Of a stretch of DNA of 47,810 bases, positions 18,411 through 27,494 are shown one piece after another. The translations under genes were made by a program, and so were the position numbers. Within the stretch, counting starts at the first letter, position 1. Each line of letters begins with the position of its first letter. The DNA is from Candidatus Methylomirabilis sp. GTDB lineage: Bacteria > Methylomirabilota > Methylomirabilia > Methylomirabilales > 2-02-FULL-66-22. The stretch is taken from contig JBBIQE010000007.1 in assembly GCA_037442485.1 (NCBI GenBank), positions 1-47,810 on the forward strand, in the 5' to 3' direction. Below the pieces are notes generated by a model that was not told the origin of the DNA, searched no databases, and worked only from the letters and a program-made list of their open reading frames with translations.

Positions 18411-18517
18411 GTCAAATGGACGACTGGTCGAGTCGTTGATTGGTCTGTCCAAATTGACCGATCGACGAATTGAGGAATGCACATACCTCGAACCGTGAAC
18501 CCCGAACCTCGAACCGT
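18411..18517. repeat. Inverted degenerate octamer array plus heptamer array at the hemA-hemC junction
   Basis: gtcaaatg/gacgactg/gtcgagtc/gttgattg, then the inverted aaattgac/cgatcgac/gaattgag, followed by cctcgaa/ccgtgaa/ccccgaa/cctcgaa/ccgtg. Confidence 0.7.
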
Positions 18518-19457
18518 GGTGATTGGCACGCGGGGGTCCCAGCTCGCCCTGTGGCAGGCGAACCATGTGGCGGACCGGCTCCGCGCGGCCTTCCCGGACC
18601 TCGGCATCCGCCTGGAGACCATCCGGACGACCGGCGACAAGATCGGGGACGTGCCGCTGGCCCGGGTCGGGGGCAAGGCCCTCTTCGTCAAGGAGATCGA
18701 GGAGGCCCTGCTGGATCACCGGGTGGATCTGGCCGTGCACAGCATGAAGGACGTCCCCACCGACCTGCCGGCCGGCCTCGTCATCGCGGCCGTGACCGCG
18801 CGCGAGGATCCCCGCGACGTCCTGGTCTCGCGGACGGGCGCCCGGTTCGCGGATCTCCCCCGGGGCGCGCGGGTGGGCACCAGCAGCCTGCGGCGCCAGG
18901 CCCAGCTCCTCCACCATCGGCCCGATCTCACCATCCTCCCCCTGCGCGGGAACCTGGATACGCGCCTGCGCAAGCTCGCGGAGGAGGGGCTGGATGCCGT
19001 CGTGCTGGCGGCGGCCGGGCTCAGGCGCCTCGGGTGGATGGACCGGATCACCGAGTTTCTCCCGCCCGAGGTCTGCCTGCCCGCCATCGGGCAGGGGGCG
19101 CTGGGAATTGAGATCCGGGTACCCTCTGGGTGGGCCGATCCGGGTCCCCCTGGGGCGGCGACAGCGAGGGTGAAGATCCTCGACGATCCGCAGACGCATG
19201 CGGCCGTCCTGGCGGAGCGGGCCTTTCTGCGACGCCTGGAGGGCGGCTGTCAGGTGCCCTTCGCCGCCCACGCCGTGATCAGGGACGGCGAGCTCCGGCT
19301 CCAGGGCCTGGTGGCCAGCCCGGACGGGGCCCAGCTGATCCGGGGCGAGCGGCACGGCCGGCAGGAGGATGCCGAGGCGGTGGGAACCCTCCTGGCCGAA
19401 GAGCTGCTGTCCCGGGGGGCGGGCGAGATCATCCGGGCCCTGGTGGGGGCACACTGA
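18477..19457 (+). CDS. hemC: Hydroxymethylbilane synthase (porphobilinogen deaminase); exact start uncertain
   Basis: IGTRGSQLALWQA, GKALFVKEIE, AVHSMKD, GTSSLRR, RGNLDTRL and LEGGCQVP. Confidence 0.96.
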   Translation: MHIPRTVNPEPRTVVIGTRGSQLALWQANHVADRLRAAFPDLGIRLETIRTTGDKIGDVPLARVGGKALFVKEIEEALLDHRVDLAVHSMKDVPTDLPAGLVIAAVTAREDPRDVLVSRTGARFADLPRGARVGTSSLRRQAQLLHHRPDLTILPLRGNLDTRLRKLAEEGLDAVVLAAAGLRRLGWMDRITEFLPPEVCLPAIGQGALGIEIRVPSGWADPGPPGAATARVKILDDPQTHAAVLAERAFLRRLEGGCQVPFAAHAVIRDGELRLQGLVASPDGAQLIRGERHGRQEDAEAVGTLLAEELLSRGAGEIIRALVGAH

Positions 19458-19510
19458 CGGGAAAGGCGATGGCCAAGCCCTGCGTGGCACACATACGATG
19501 AGGTCTTCCC

Positions 19511-19596
19511 CCGTTCGTGGCGAGCCGGTCGAACCACGAACGTTCGTACCTCGACAGGCCTGTCCTGAGCCCCGTCGAAGGGCTCAGCGCGAACGG
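19511..19596. repeat. REP/MITE-like palindromic element with a nested 24-bp unit
   Basis: Ends CCGTTCG...CGAACGG, internal hairpin CGTTCGTGG-(CGAGCCGGTCGAA)-CCACGAACG, and nested CCTGTCCTGAGCCCCGTCGAAGGG. Confidence 0.75.
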
Positions 19597-19625
19597 CGGT
19601 TGGCAGGCAATACGTCGCCGTAATT

Positions 19626-21173
19626 ATGACCCAGCGCAGGAAGGGACTCGGCAAGGTCTATCTCGTCGGCGCGGGCCCGGGAGACGTGGGCCTCTTCACC
19701 CTCAAGGGGAAACGCTGCCTGGAAGAGGCGGACGTGGTGGTGTACGACTACCTGGTCAACCCCCGCCTCCTCCGCTTCGCCAGGCCCGGCGCCGAGCTCA
19801 CCTACGTGGGCAAGCAGGCGGGGCGGCATACCCTGCCCCAGGAGGAGATCGGCCGGCTGCTCGTCGCCCGGGCCAGGGAGGGGAAGGTGGTCGCCCGCCT
19901 CAAGGGGGGCGATCCCTTCATCTTCGGCCGCGGGGGCGAGGAGGCCGAGGATCTCGCAGCCGCCGGCATCCCCTTCGAGGTGGTGCCGGGTGTCAGCGCG
20001 GCCGTGGCGGCCCCCGCCTACGCCGGCATCCCCCTCACCCACCGCGATTTCACCTCCACGGTGGCCTTCGTGACGGGCCACGAGGACCCGACCAAGGAGG
20101 AGACCGGCATCGCCTGGGAAAAGATCGCCACCGGCATCGGGACCCTCGTCTTCTTCATGGGGGTGGGCCAGCTCCCCGCCATCGTGGCGAACCTCACGCG
20201 CCATGGCCGCTCGCCGACCACCCCGGCCGCCGTCATCCGCTGGGGGACGCGGGCCGAGCAGGAGGTGGTGACGGGGACCCTGGCCGACCTGCCCGAGAAG
20301 TGCCGCGGGATGAAGCCGCCGGCCCTCATCGTCGTGGGCGAGGTGGTGGCGCTGCGGCAGAAGCTCGCCTGGTTCGAGGCGCTCCCCCTGTCGGGCAAGC
20401 GGATCCTGATCACGCGGGCGCGGGAGCAGGCCAGCAGCTTCGCCCAGCTCCTCGAGGCGGCCGGGGCCGAGGTCGTCGAGTTTCCCACCATCGCCATCGC
20501 ACCGCCGGAGAGCTTCGCCCCCCTGGATGCGGCCATCGGCCGGCTGCGCGAGTACCGCTGGGTGATCTTCACCAGCGGCAACGGCGTCCGCTTCTTCTGG
20601 GAGCGGCTGGCGGAGGCCGGCCGGGATGCCCGCGACTTTGCCGGCATCCGGGTCTGCGCCATCGGCCCGGCCACGGCCGCCGCCCTTCGGTCGCAGGGGA
20701 TCCGGCCCGACATCGTCCCGGCCGAATTCAGGGCTGAGGCCCTGGTCGAGGCCATCGCCGCCGTCGCCGGCGAAGACGATCTCCGCGGGGCGCGGATCCT
20801 GCTGGCCCGGGCCGCCGAGGCGCGCGAGGTCATCCCCGAGGAGTTCACGCGGCGGGGCGCCCGGGTGGATGTCGTCCCCGCGTATCGCACGGTGAAGAGC
20901 GCCCCGGACGTGGAGGGGCTTCGCGAGATGCTCCGCGAGGGGAAGATCCACGCCGTCACCTTCACCAGCTCCTCGACGGTGCGCCACTTCCTCGATCTGC
21001 TCGGCGAGGAGGCAAAGCGCCTGCTGCCAGGGGTCGTCATCGCCAGCATCGGCCCCATCACCGCCGAAACGGCGGCCCGTCACGGGATCGTGAGCCATAT
21101 CGTGCCCGAAAACTACACCATCCCGGCCCTGGGCGAGGCGCTCATAAGACACTTCCAGGATCGCCGCAGTTGA
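19626..21173 (+). CDS. cobA: Fused uroporphyrinogen-III C-methyltransferase / uroporphyrinogen-III synthase (CobA-HemD)
   Basis: VYLVGAGPGD, RLKGGDPFIFGRGGEE and YAGIPLTHR, then a HemD domain (ILITRAREQA, FTSGNGV, IGPATA, FTSSSTV). Confidence 0.95.
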   Translation: MTQRRKGLGKVYLVGAGPGDVGLFTLKGKRCLEEADVVVYDYLVNPRLLRFARPGAELTYVGKQAGRHTLPQEEIGRLLVARAREGKVVARLKGGDPFIFGRGGEEAEDLAAAGIPFEVVPGVSAAVAAPAYAGIPLTHRDFTSTVAFVTGHEDPTKEETGIAWEKIATGIGTLVFFMGVGQLPAIVANLTRHGRSPTTPAAVIRWGTRAEQEVVTGTLADLPEKCRGMKPPALIVVGEVVALRQKLAWFEALPLSGKRILITRAREQASSFAQLLEAAGAEVVEFPTIAIAPPESFAPLDAAIGRLREYRWVIFTSGNGVRFFWERLAEAGRDARDFAGIRVCAIGPATAAALRSQGIRPDIVPAEFRAEALVEAIAAVAGEDDLRGARILLARAAEAREVIPEEFTRRGARVDVVPAYRTVKSAPDVEGLREMLREGKIHAVTFTSSSTVRHFLDLLGEEAKRLLPGVVIASIGPITAETAARHGIVSHIVPENYTIPALGEALIRHFQDRRS

Positions 21174-21300
21174 CCGGCCGTTTCCGGCGCGGATTCTCCC
21201 CGGCCTTTTCCCTTGACAAGTGCTGATTTTTGCAAATATTTGTGAGCCCGTAACCTCTCTGTGTCGGTGCTTCGGTCCGCCCCAGTGCCGGCTTCCGTTT

Positions 21301-21317
21301 CTGGAACGGAACCTGCA
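21301..21317 (+). promoter_or_regulatory. Candidate sigma54 (-24/-12) promoter of the glycan cluster
   Basis: CTGGAACGGAACCTGCA has GG-N10-GC and is close to the consensus YTGGCACGRNNNTTGCW; about 43 nt before the first gene. Confidence 0.55.
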
Positions 21318-21359
21318 GTTGCTCGCAAGTTTGCACGTCGGTCCGAAAAGGATGCATCC

Positions 21360-22484
21360 GTGGCGGTCCCGGTCCTCGACCTGAAGGCGCAGTACCGACG
21401 CATCCGGGAGGCGGTTGACGCCGCCGTCCGGGGCGTCCTGGAGAGCGGGCAGTTCGTCCTCGGGCCCAACGTTCGCGCCCTGGAGGAGGAGCTGGCCGCC
21501 TTCCTCGGCGTGGCGCGGGCCGTCACGCTCGCCTCCGGCACGGATGCCCTGCATCTCGCGCTCCGCGCCCTGGACATCGGCCCGGGGGATATCGTCCTCA
21601 CCAGCCCCTTCACCTTCGTGGCCACCGGGACAGCCATCTCCTACACGGGGGCCCGCCCCGTCTTCGCGGACATCCATCCCGGGACGTTCGCCCTCGATCC
21701 TGACCGGGCGGCGGACTATCTCGCCGGCAAGGGTCCCGGGCCCCGCCCCGGCGGGCGCGTGAAGGCCATCCTGCCGGTGCACCTGTACGGTCTGCCGGCG
21801 GACCTGGACCCCCTGCTCCGCCTGGCCCGGGAGAACGGGCTGCGCCTCGTCGAGGACGCGGCCCAGGCCATCGGCGCGGAGTACCGCGGGCGCCGGGTGG
21901 GCGGCCTGGGCGACGTCGGCTGCTTCAGCTTCTACCCGACCAAGAACCTCGGCGCCCTCGGGGACGGGGGCCTCGCCACGACAGAGGATCCGGCCCTCGG
22001 CGATCGCCTCCTGCGCCTTCGGGTCTACGGCGGGCGCGAACGGTACCTGCACGAGGAGCTGGGATTCAACAGCCGGCTGGACGAGATCCAGGCGGCCGTC
22101 CTGCGCGTCAAGCTCCGCCACCTCGCCGAATGGAACGCGAGGCGCCGCGCCATCGCCGCCCGGTACCGGGAGGCTCTGGCGGGCCTGGGCATCGGATTGC
22201 CGGCCGAGCCCCCCGGGTGCCTGCACGTCTACCACCAGTTCACGATCCGCGTCCCGGATCGGGACACAATCCAGCGGCGCCTGGCCGATCTGGGCGTGCG
22301 GACGACGGTCTATTACCCCCTCCCCCTGCACTTGCAGCCGATGTTCCGCGACCTGGGGTACCGGGCGGGCGACTTTCCCGAGGCCGAGCGGGCCTGCCGC
22401 GAGGTCCTGTCCCTCCCCATCTATCCGGAGCTCACGGATGCCCAGGTGGACGAGGTGGTCGAGGCGTGCAAACGATCCCTCTGA
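21360..22484 (+). CDS. DegT/DnrJ/EryC1/StrS sugar aminotransferase
   Basis: GTG start VPVLDLKAQY, SGTDAL, PVHLYG, VEDAAQA, SFYPTKNLGALGDGG and NSRLDEIQAA. Confidence 0.93.
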   Translation: MAVPVLDLKAQYRRIREAVDAAVRGVLESGQFVLGPNVRALEEELAAFLGVARAVTLASGTDALHLALRALDIGPGDIVLTSPFTFVATGTAISYTGARPVFADIHPGTFALDPDRAADYLAGKGPGPRPGGRVKAILPVHLYGLPADLDPLLRLARENGLRLVEDAAQAIGAEYRGRRVGGLGDVGCFSFYPTKNLGALGDGGLATTEDPALGDRLLRLRVYGGRERYLHEELGFNSRLDEIQAAVLRVKLRHLAEWNARRRAIAARYREALAGLGIGLPAEPPGCLHVYHQFTIRVPDRDTIQRRLADLGVRTTVYYPLPLHLQPMFRDLGYRAGDFPEAERACREVLSLPIYPELTDAQVDEVVEACKRSL

Positions 22485-22533
22485 AGGCCAAGATCCGACA
22501 GGGACGGGGACAGCGACAGGGCAGGAGAGAGCC

Positions 22534-23592
22534 GTGAGCGAGTTGACGGGGACGATCCTGGTCACGGGCGGCATGGGCTTCATCGGGTCGAACTTCATCC
22601 GCCACCTCCTGACCGCCCACCCCGCGGTCCGCAAGGTCGTGAACCTGGACAAGCTGACCTACGCCGGGAATCCGAGAAACCTGGCCGACCTCGCCCACGA
22701 GGCGCGCTACGCCTTCGTCCGCGGCGATATCTGCGACGAGAAGGTCGTGGCCGACACCCTGGAGGCCCACCGGGTGGAGGCCATCGTCCACTTCGCGGCC
22801 GAAAGCCACGTGGACCGATCCATCCAGCAGGCGGAGGATTTCGTCCGGACGAACGTGCAGGGGACGCGGGTCCTCCTGGAGGCGGCCCGGACGTTCGGGG
22901 TCGGCCGGTTCCTCCACATCTCGACGGACGAGGTGTACGGGAGCCTTCCCCCCTCGGGCGCCTTCACCGAGGAGTCTCCCCTCCTTCCCAACAGCCCCTA
23001 TGCCGCCAGCAAGGCCGGCGCGGACGTTCTCGCCCGGGCCTACCACGTGACGTACAATCTTCCGGTCATCATTACCCGGACCTGCAACAACTACGGCCCC
23101 TACCAGTTCCCCGAGAAGTTCATCCCCCTCATGATCGTGAACGCCATCCGGGAAGAGCCGCTCCCCATCTACGGCGACGGCCTGTACGTGCGGGAGTGGC
23201 TGCACGTGGAGGATCACTGCCGCGCCCTCGCGCGGATCCTGGCGGCCGGCCGGGTGGGCGAGGTCTACAACATCGGGAGCGGCGCCGAGAAGGTGAACCT
23301 GGACGTGGCCCGGGAGATCCTCCACCTCACCGGTCGGCCCGAGAGCCTGCTGCGCCACGTGCAGGATCGGCTCGGGCACGACCGGCGCTATGCCCTGGAG
23401 TGGAGCAAGATCCGCACCGAGCTAGGCTGGTCGCCGGCCATCCCCTTCGCCGAGGGGCTGCGCCGGACGGTGGCCTGGTACCAGCGCCATGTGGAGTGGT
23501 GGCGGGAGATTCTCTCCGGCCAGTACCAGAGCTACTATCGCCGCCAGTACGGCGAGGACAGGCAGGGGACGCCCAGGGGGTACCCGGGATGA
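22534..23592 (+). CDS. rfbB: dTDP-glucose 4,6-dehydratase
   Basis: TGGMGFIGSNF, DKLTYAGN, HFAAESHVDRSI, STDEVYG, PNSPYAASKA, NNYGPYQFPEK and GHDRRYA. Confidence 0.93.
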   Translation: MSELTGTILVTGGMGFIGSNFIRHLLTAHPAVRKVVNLDKLTYAGNPRNLADLAHEARYAFVRGDICDEKVVADTLEAHRVEAIVHFAAESHVDRSIQQAEDFVRTNVQGTRVLLEAARTFGVGRFLHISTDEVYGSLPPSGAFTEESPLLPNSPYAASKAGADVLARAYHVTYNLPVIITRTCNNYGPYQFPEKFIPLMIVNAIREEPLPIYGDGLYVREWLHVEDHCRALARILAAGRVGEVYNIGSGAEKVNLDVAREILHLTGRPESLLRHVQDRLGHDRRYALEWSKIRTELGWSPAIPFAEGLRRTVAWYQRHVEWWREILSGQYQSYYRRQYGEDRQGTPRGYPG

Positions 23593-24794
23593 GCGCGTCG
23601 GACGCGCTGGCTTTGCACGGCGGCCGGCCGGTGCGGGAGCGGATGCTCCCCTACGCGCGCCACCAGGTGGAGGAGGCCGACATCCAGGCCGTGGTCGAGG
23701 TCCTGCGGGGGGACTGGCTCACCAACGGGCCCACCGTGGCCCGGTTTGAGCGGGCCTTTGCCGAGGTCGTGGGCGCCCGCTTCGCCGTGGCCATGAGCTC
23801 GGGGACCGCCGCGCTCCACGCCGCCGCCCATGCGGCCGGGATCGGACCCGGGGACGAGGTCATCACCACGCCGCTCACCTTCCTCGCCTCGGCGAACTCC
23901 ATCCTGTACTGCGGGGCGACGCCCGTCTTCGCCGACGTGGATCGCGAGACGCTGAACCTCGACCCCGCGGCGGTCGAGGCAGCCCTCACGGATCGAACCC
24001 GGGCCATCCTGCCCGTCCACTTCGCCGGGCTGCCCTGCGACCTGGAGGCCATCCACGCCATTGCGGGCGCCCGCAACCTCACCGTCATCGAGGATGCCGC
24101 CCACGCCCTGGGGGCCGAGATCGCCGGCCGGCGGATCGGCGGGCTGAGCGCGCTCACCACGTTCAGCTTCCACCCCGTGAAGCACATCACCACGGCCGAG
24201 GGCGGCATGGTGACGACCAACGCGGAGGCGCTGGCCGATCGGCTCCGCCGGTTCCGGAACCACGGCATCGAGCGGGAGGTTCGGCAGCGACAGGCGACCA
24301 CGCCTGAGGCGTGGCGCCAGGACATGGTGGCCTTCGGCTTCAACTATCGCCTGAGCGACCTGGGGAGCGCCTTGGGCCTCTCCCAGCTCCGCCGCCTGGA
24401 TGCTTCGTTGAAGCGCCGGGAGGAGATCGCCGGCCGCTACCACCAGGCCTTCGCGGAACTGCGGGAGGTGAGCGCGGCTCCCACGCGCCCCGGCACGCGG
24501 CACGCCTGGCACATCTATCCCCTCCGGCTCAACCGGGAGCGGCTGCGGGCGGACCGCGAGACGGTCTTCCAGGCCCTCCGGGCCGAGAACATCGGGGTGA
24601 GCGTCCACTACCGGCCGGTGCACCTGCACCCGTACTACCGCGAGCGGCTCCAGACGGGACCCGGCCTCTGCCCCGTTGCCGAGGCCGCCTTCGAGCGCCT
24701 GCTCACGCTGCCCCTCTTCCCGGCCATGACCGACGGCGATGTCGCGGACGTGATCACGGCCGTGCAGAAGGTGATCCGTTGGGCCCGGAAGTGA
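23589..24794 (+). CDS. PseC/SpsC-like UDP-4-keto-6-deoxy-sugar aminotransferase (DegT family)
   Basis: LPYARHQ, WLTNGP, SSGTAALH, EDAAHALG, FSFHPVKHITTAEGG and GFNYRLSD; ATGA overlap with rfbB. Confidence 0.88.
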   Translation: MSASDALALHGGRPVRERMLPYARHQVEEADIQAVVEVLRGDWLTNGPTVARFERAFAEVVGARFAVAMSSGTAALHAAAHAAGIGPGDEVITTPLTFLASANSILYCGATPVFADVDRETLNLDPAAVEAALTDRTRAILPVHFAGLPCDLEAIHAIAGARNLTVIEDAAHALGAEIAGRRIGGLSALTTFSFHPVKHITTAEGGMVTTNAEALADRLRRFRNHGIEREVRQRQATTPEAWRQDMVAFGFNYRLSDLGSALGLSQLRRLDASLKRREEIAGRYHQAFAELREVSAAPTRPGTRHAWHIYPLRLNRERLRADRETVFQALRAENIGVSVHYRPVHLHPYYRERLQTGPGLCPVAEAAFERLLTLPLFPAMTDGDVADVITAVQKVIRWARK

Positions 24795-25684
24795 GTTGGC
24801 GGGGTTTCGGGGCGGACGCCACGGGAGCGCCGGGGGGCGGCGGGGCCGGTGTGCGGCAAGCCCACGTCCCCACGGTTCGGATCCGACCCAGCCGCGGCTT
24901 CGTCCCGCTCCGGCTGCACGAGGTGTGGGAGTACCGGGAGCTCCTGTATTTCCTCTGCTGGCGGACGATCAAGGTCCGGTACAAGCAGACGGTCCTGGGG
25001 GGTACCTGGGCAATCATCCAGCCCTTCGTCACGATGGTGGTCTTCAGTGTCATCTTCGGCCGCCTGGTCGGGGTCCCCTCCGACGGCATGCCGTACCCGA
25101 TCTTCGCCTACGCCGGCCTGCTCCCGTGGCAACTGTTCGCGCAGTCCCTCGCGGAGTCCGGCAACAGCATCGTGAACAACGAGCGCCTGGTAACCCGGGT
25201 CTACTTCCCCCGGCTGGTGATCCCCCTTTCGACGGTCCTCGTCAGCCTCCTGGACTTCGCCGTGGCCGGACTCATCCTGGCAGGCATGATGGCTTATTAC
25301 CGGATCGTGCCCGTGCTGGGGGTCTGGGCCCTCCCGCTCCTGGTGATCCAGGCGGTCGGCGCGGCCTTGGGGGTCGGGCTGTGGCTGTCGGCACTCAACG
25401 TCTGGTACAGAGATATCCGGCATGTGATCCCGTTTCTCACGCAGTGCTGGCTTTTTGTGACGCCGATTGCCTATCCCGCCAGCCTCGTACCCAGCCGATG
25501 GCGGATGCTCCTGGGGCTCAATCCCATGACCGGGGTGGTGGAGGGATTCCGCTGGGCACTCCTCGGCGCGAGGACACAGGTAGGAGGGCTGCTGGCGATC
25601 TCCGGTCTCATCACATTGGGCTTGCTGGTATCGGGCGCAATCTACTTCCGGCGGATGGAGCGGACATTCGCCGATGTCCTGTAG
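24791..25684 (+). CDS. wzm: Polysaccharide ABC transporter permease; start uncertain (24791 or 24851)
   Basis: EYRELLYF..IKVRYKQTVLG..W, VYFPRLVIP, YRDIRH and LNPMTGVVEGFRWAL. Confidence 0.92.
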   Translation: MSWRGFGADATGAPGGGGAGVRQAHVPTVRIRPSRGFVPLRLHEVWEYRELLYFLCWRTIKVRYKQTVLGGTWAIIQPFVTMVVFSVIFGRLVGVPSDGMPYPIFAYAGLLPWQLFAQSLAESGNSIVNNERLVTRVYFPRLVIPLSTVLVSLLDFAVAGLILAGMMAYYRIVPVLGVWALPLLVIQAVGAALGVGLWLSALNVWYRDIRHVIPFLTQCWLFVTPIAYPASLVPSRWRMLLGLNPMTGVVEGFRWALLGARTQVGGLLAISGLITLGLLVSGAIYFRRMERTFADVL

Positions 25685-25686
25685 CC

Positions 25687-26928
25687 ATGGGCGAGGTCGC
25701 GGTCCGCGTCGAGGGCCTGAGCAAGCGGTACCGGCTCGGCACCGCTCCAGTCGGCGGGACGGCCTACGACGCCATCACGGCCGCCATACGTGCACCGTTC
25801 CGCCGCCTCGGCCAACGGCCATCGGGTCACATCTGGGCCCTCAAGGATGTGAGTTTTGACCTCCATCGTGGCGAGGTCCTCGGGATCATCGGCCGGAACG
25901 GCGCGGGCAAGACTACCCTCCTCAAAATCCTGTCCCGGATCACCGAGCCCACCGAGGGGGCGGTGGACCTGTACGGACGGGTGAGTTCTCTCCTGGAGGT
26001 GGGCACGGGATTCCATCCGGAGCTGACGGGCCGGGAGAACATCTTCCTGAACGGCGCCATCCTGGGCATGCGTCGGGCAGAGATCGCGCGCAGGTTCGAC
26101 GAGATCGTGGCCTTTGCGGAAGTCGAGCCTTTCCTCGATACTCCCGTGAAGCACTATTCCAGCGGCATGTACCTCAGGCTGGCCTTCGCGGTGGCCGCCC
26201 ATCTGGAGCCGGAGATCCTCCTGGTGGACGAGGTCCTGGCGGTGGGCGACGCGGCGTTTCAGCGGAAGTGCCTGGGCAAGATGGGCGATGTGGTTAGGGG
26301 CGGGCGAACCATTGTCTTCGTCAGCCACAATATTGCCGCCGTGAGCACCTTGTGCCAGAAGGTGGCTCTGCTGCGGGCCGGGCGGATGGAGAGGATCGGG
26401 CCGCCGGCCGAAGTGATCAGGGCATATGTCGAGGAGCACGCGGACGACGCGTCATCCGCAACCCGGGCTGTTCCGGATGACGAGGGGCATGGATATACCC
26501 TGGTGAACGCCCATGAGCGCGTCCGTGTCTGCTGCGGCGACCCCATCAGCCTGAGCTTCGAAGTCGTCTGCCCTCAGGAATTCGCCAACGCCACCGCCGG
26601 GGTCGTGATCTACGATCTGCTGGACAGCCCGGTTATCGGAGCGAGCAGCAAGTTTCAAGGCGTGGCTGGTGCTGGCTCCGCCCGTCGCTGGTACATTACC
26701 TGTGAGCTGGGGCAGGTTCCGCTAAACGCCGGTCGGTATTATGGTTCGCTGTGGTTCGGGAACGAGCATCGAGACTATGCCCGATTCAGGGCTGTCGTCC
26801 AACTGGAGGTGACCCCAGCGGATCCTTTCGGATGGGGCGATCGAATTCCCGAGTCCTGGGGGCATCTGTACTGGAGCCCGGCCTGGCGGATAGTACCGTC
26901 GCAACGGGGGGCCGCCGATCCCTCTTGA
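25687..26928 (+). CDS. wzt: Polysaccharide ABC transporter ATPase with C-terminal carbohydrate-binding domain
   Basis: WALKDVSF, GRNGAGKTT, GFHPELTGREN, YSSGMYLRLAF, DEVLAVGD and VSH, plus a ~150 aa beta-rich extension. Confidence 0.93.
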   Translation: MGEVAVRVEGLSKRYRLGTAPVGGTAYDAITAAIRAPFRRLGQRPSGHIWALKDVSFDLHRGEVLGIIGRNGAGKTTLLKILSRITEPTEGAVDLYGRVSSLLEVGTGFHPELTGRENIFLNGAILGMRRAEIARRFDEIVAFAEVEPFLDTPVKHYSSGMYLRLAFAVAAHLEPEILLVDEVLAVGDAAFQRKCLGKMGDVVRGGRTIVFVSHNIAAVSTLCQKVALLRAGRMERIGPPAEVIRAYVEEHADDASSATRAVPDDEGHGYTLVNAHERVRVCCGDPISLSFEVVCPQEFANATAGVVIYDLLDSPVIGASSKFQGVAGAGSARRWYITCELGQVPLNAGRYYGSLWFGNEHRDYARFRAVVQLEVTPADPFGWGDRIPESWGHLYWSPAWRIVPSQRGAADPS

Positions 26929-26955
26929 GGTCGCCCGTATACCACCCGACGCCGG

Positions 26956-27494
26956 ATGCGGCGCGTGGGCGATGCCCCCGTGTCCGAGCCGCCGCGGCGA
27001 TCGTCGCTCGCAGGACATGCGGCAGGCGGTCTGATCCCTTCGGCCCGGATCCGGAAGGCGGGTGGTCGCATCTGGCGGCGAGTTCGGCAGGCGGCCGTGG
27101 GGACATGGAAAGCCGACCCCCGGGGAGATGGGGGGAGCCCGCCGGGCCGGGATTACGCGCCGCTCTATGATCCCACCATGGCGCCGTCTTGTATCTGGTG
27201 CCGGCCGCGGTGTCCGGCCTTCGCCGCCGGCCCCTGACACAGGAGGAACCGATCCGCCTCGGGATCCATTTCTCGGACGGTCGGTTCGGGCATTCGATCT
27301 CGCTTATGCGTCCGGGATGGATCATCCATCCGCGCTACGTGAGGAGCGCAGCCCCAGCCGGCATGCACGGCGTACCTCCCCCGGAGGATCCTCGGGCGGA
27401 GGCCAGGCTGCTCTCGAAGCGGTCCGCCCCCGGCGCAATCGCCCACATTGCCGACCTCTTCAGCCTGATGTTTCGGGAGGGGGCAAGGCCGTGA
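26956..27494 (+). pseudogene. Frameshifted remnant, probably an alkaline-phosphatase-superfamily (nucleotide pyrophosphatase-like) gene
   Basis: DYAPLYDPTMA (one frame) joins by frameshift to LTQEEPIRLGIHFSDGRFGHSISLMRPGWIIHP...PAGMHG..PED...HIADLF. Its stop overlaps the next start (GTGA). Family assignment is from recalled motifs only. Confidence 0.5.

Noticed and set aside
18411-18517. CRISPR array (also considered for 43673-43773 and 46511-46634)
   Set aside because: Units are 7-8 nt, degenerate and without unique spacers; no cas genes.
21228-21246. Rex or CRP/FNR site
   Set aside because: Half-sites are not in the TTGTGAA-N4-TTCACAA, TGTGA-N6-TCACA or TTGAT-N4-ATCAA arrangement.
19584-22652. 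1022-aa minus-strand ORF and similar long antisense ORFs (5776-7944, 8512-10719, 16105-18333, 37049-39214, 43821-45986)
   Set aside because: Each mirrors well-supported plus-strand genes and shows no family motifs.
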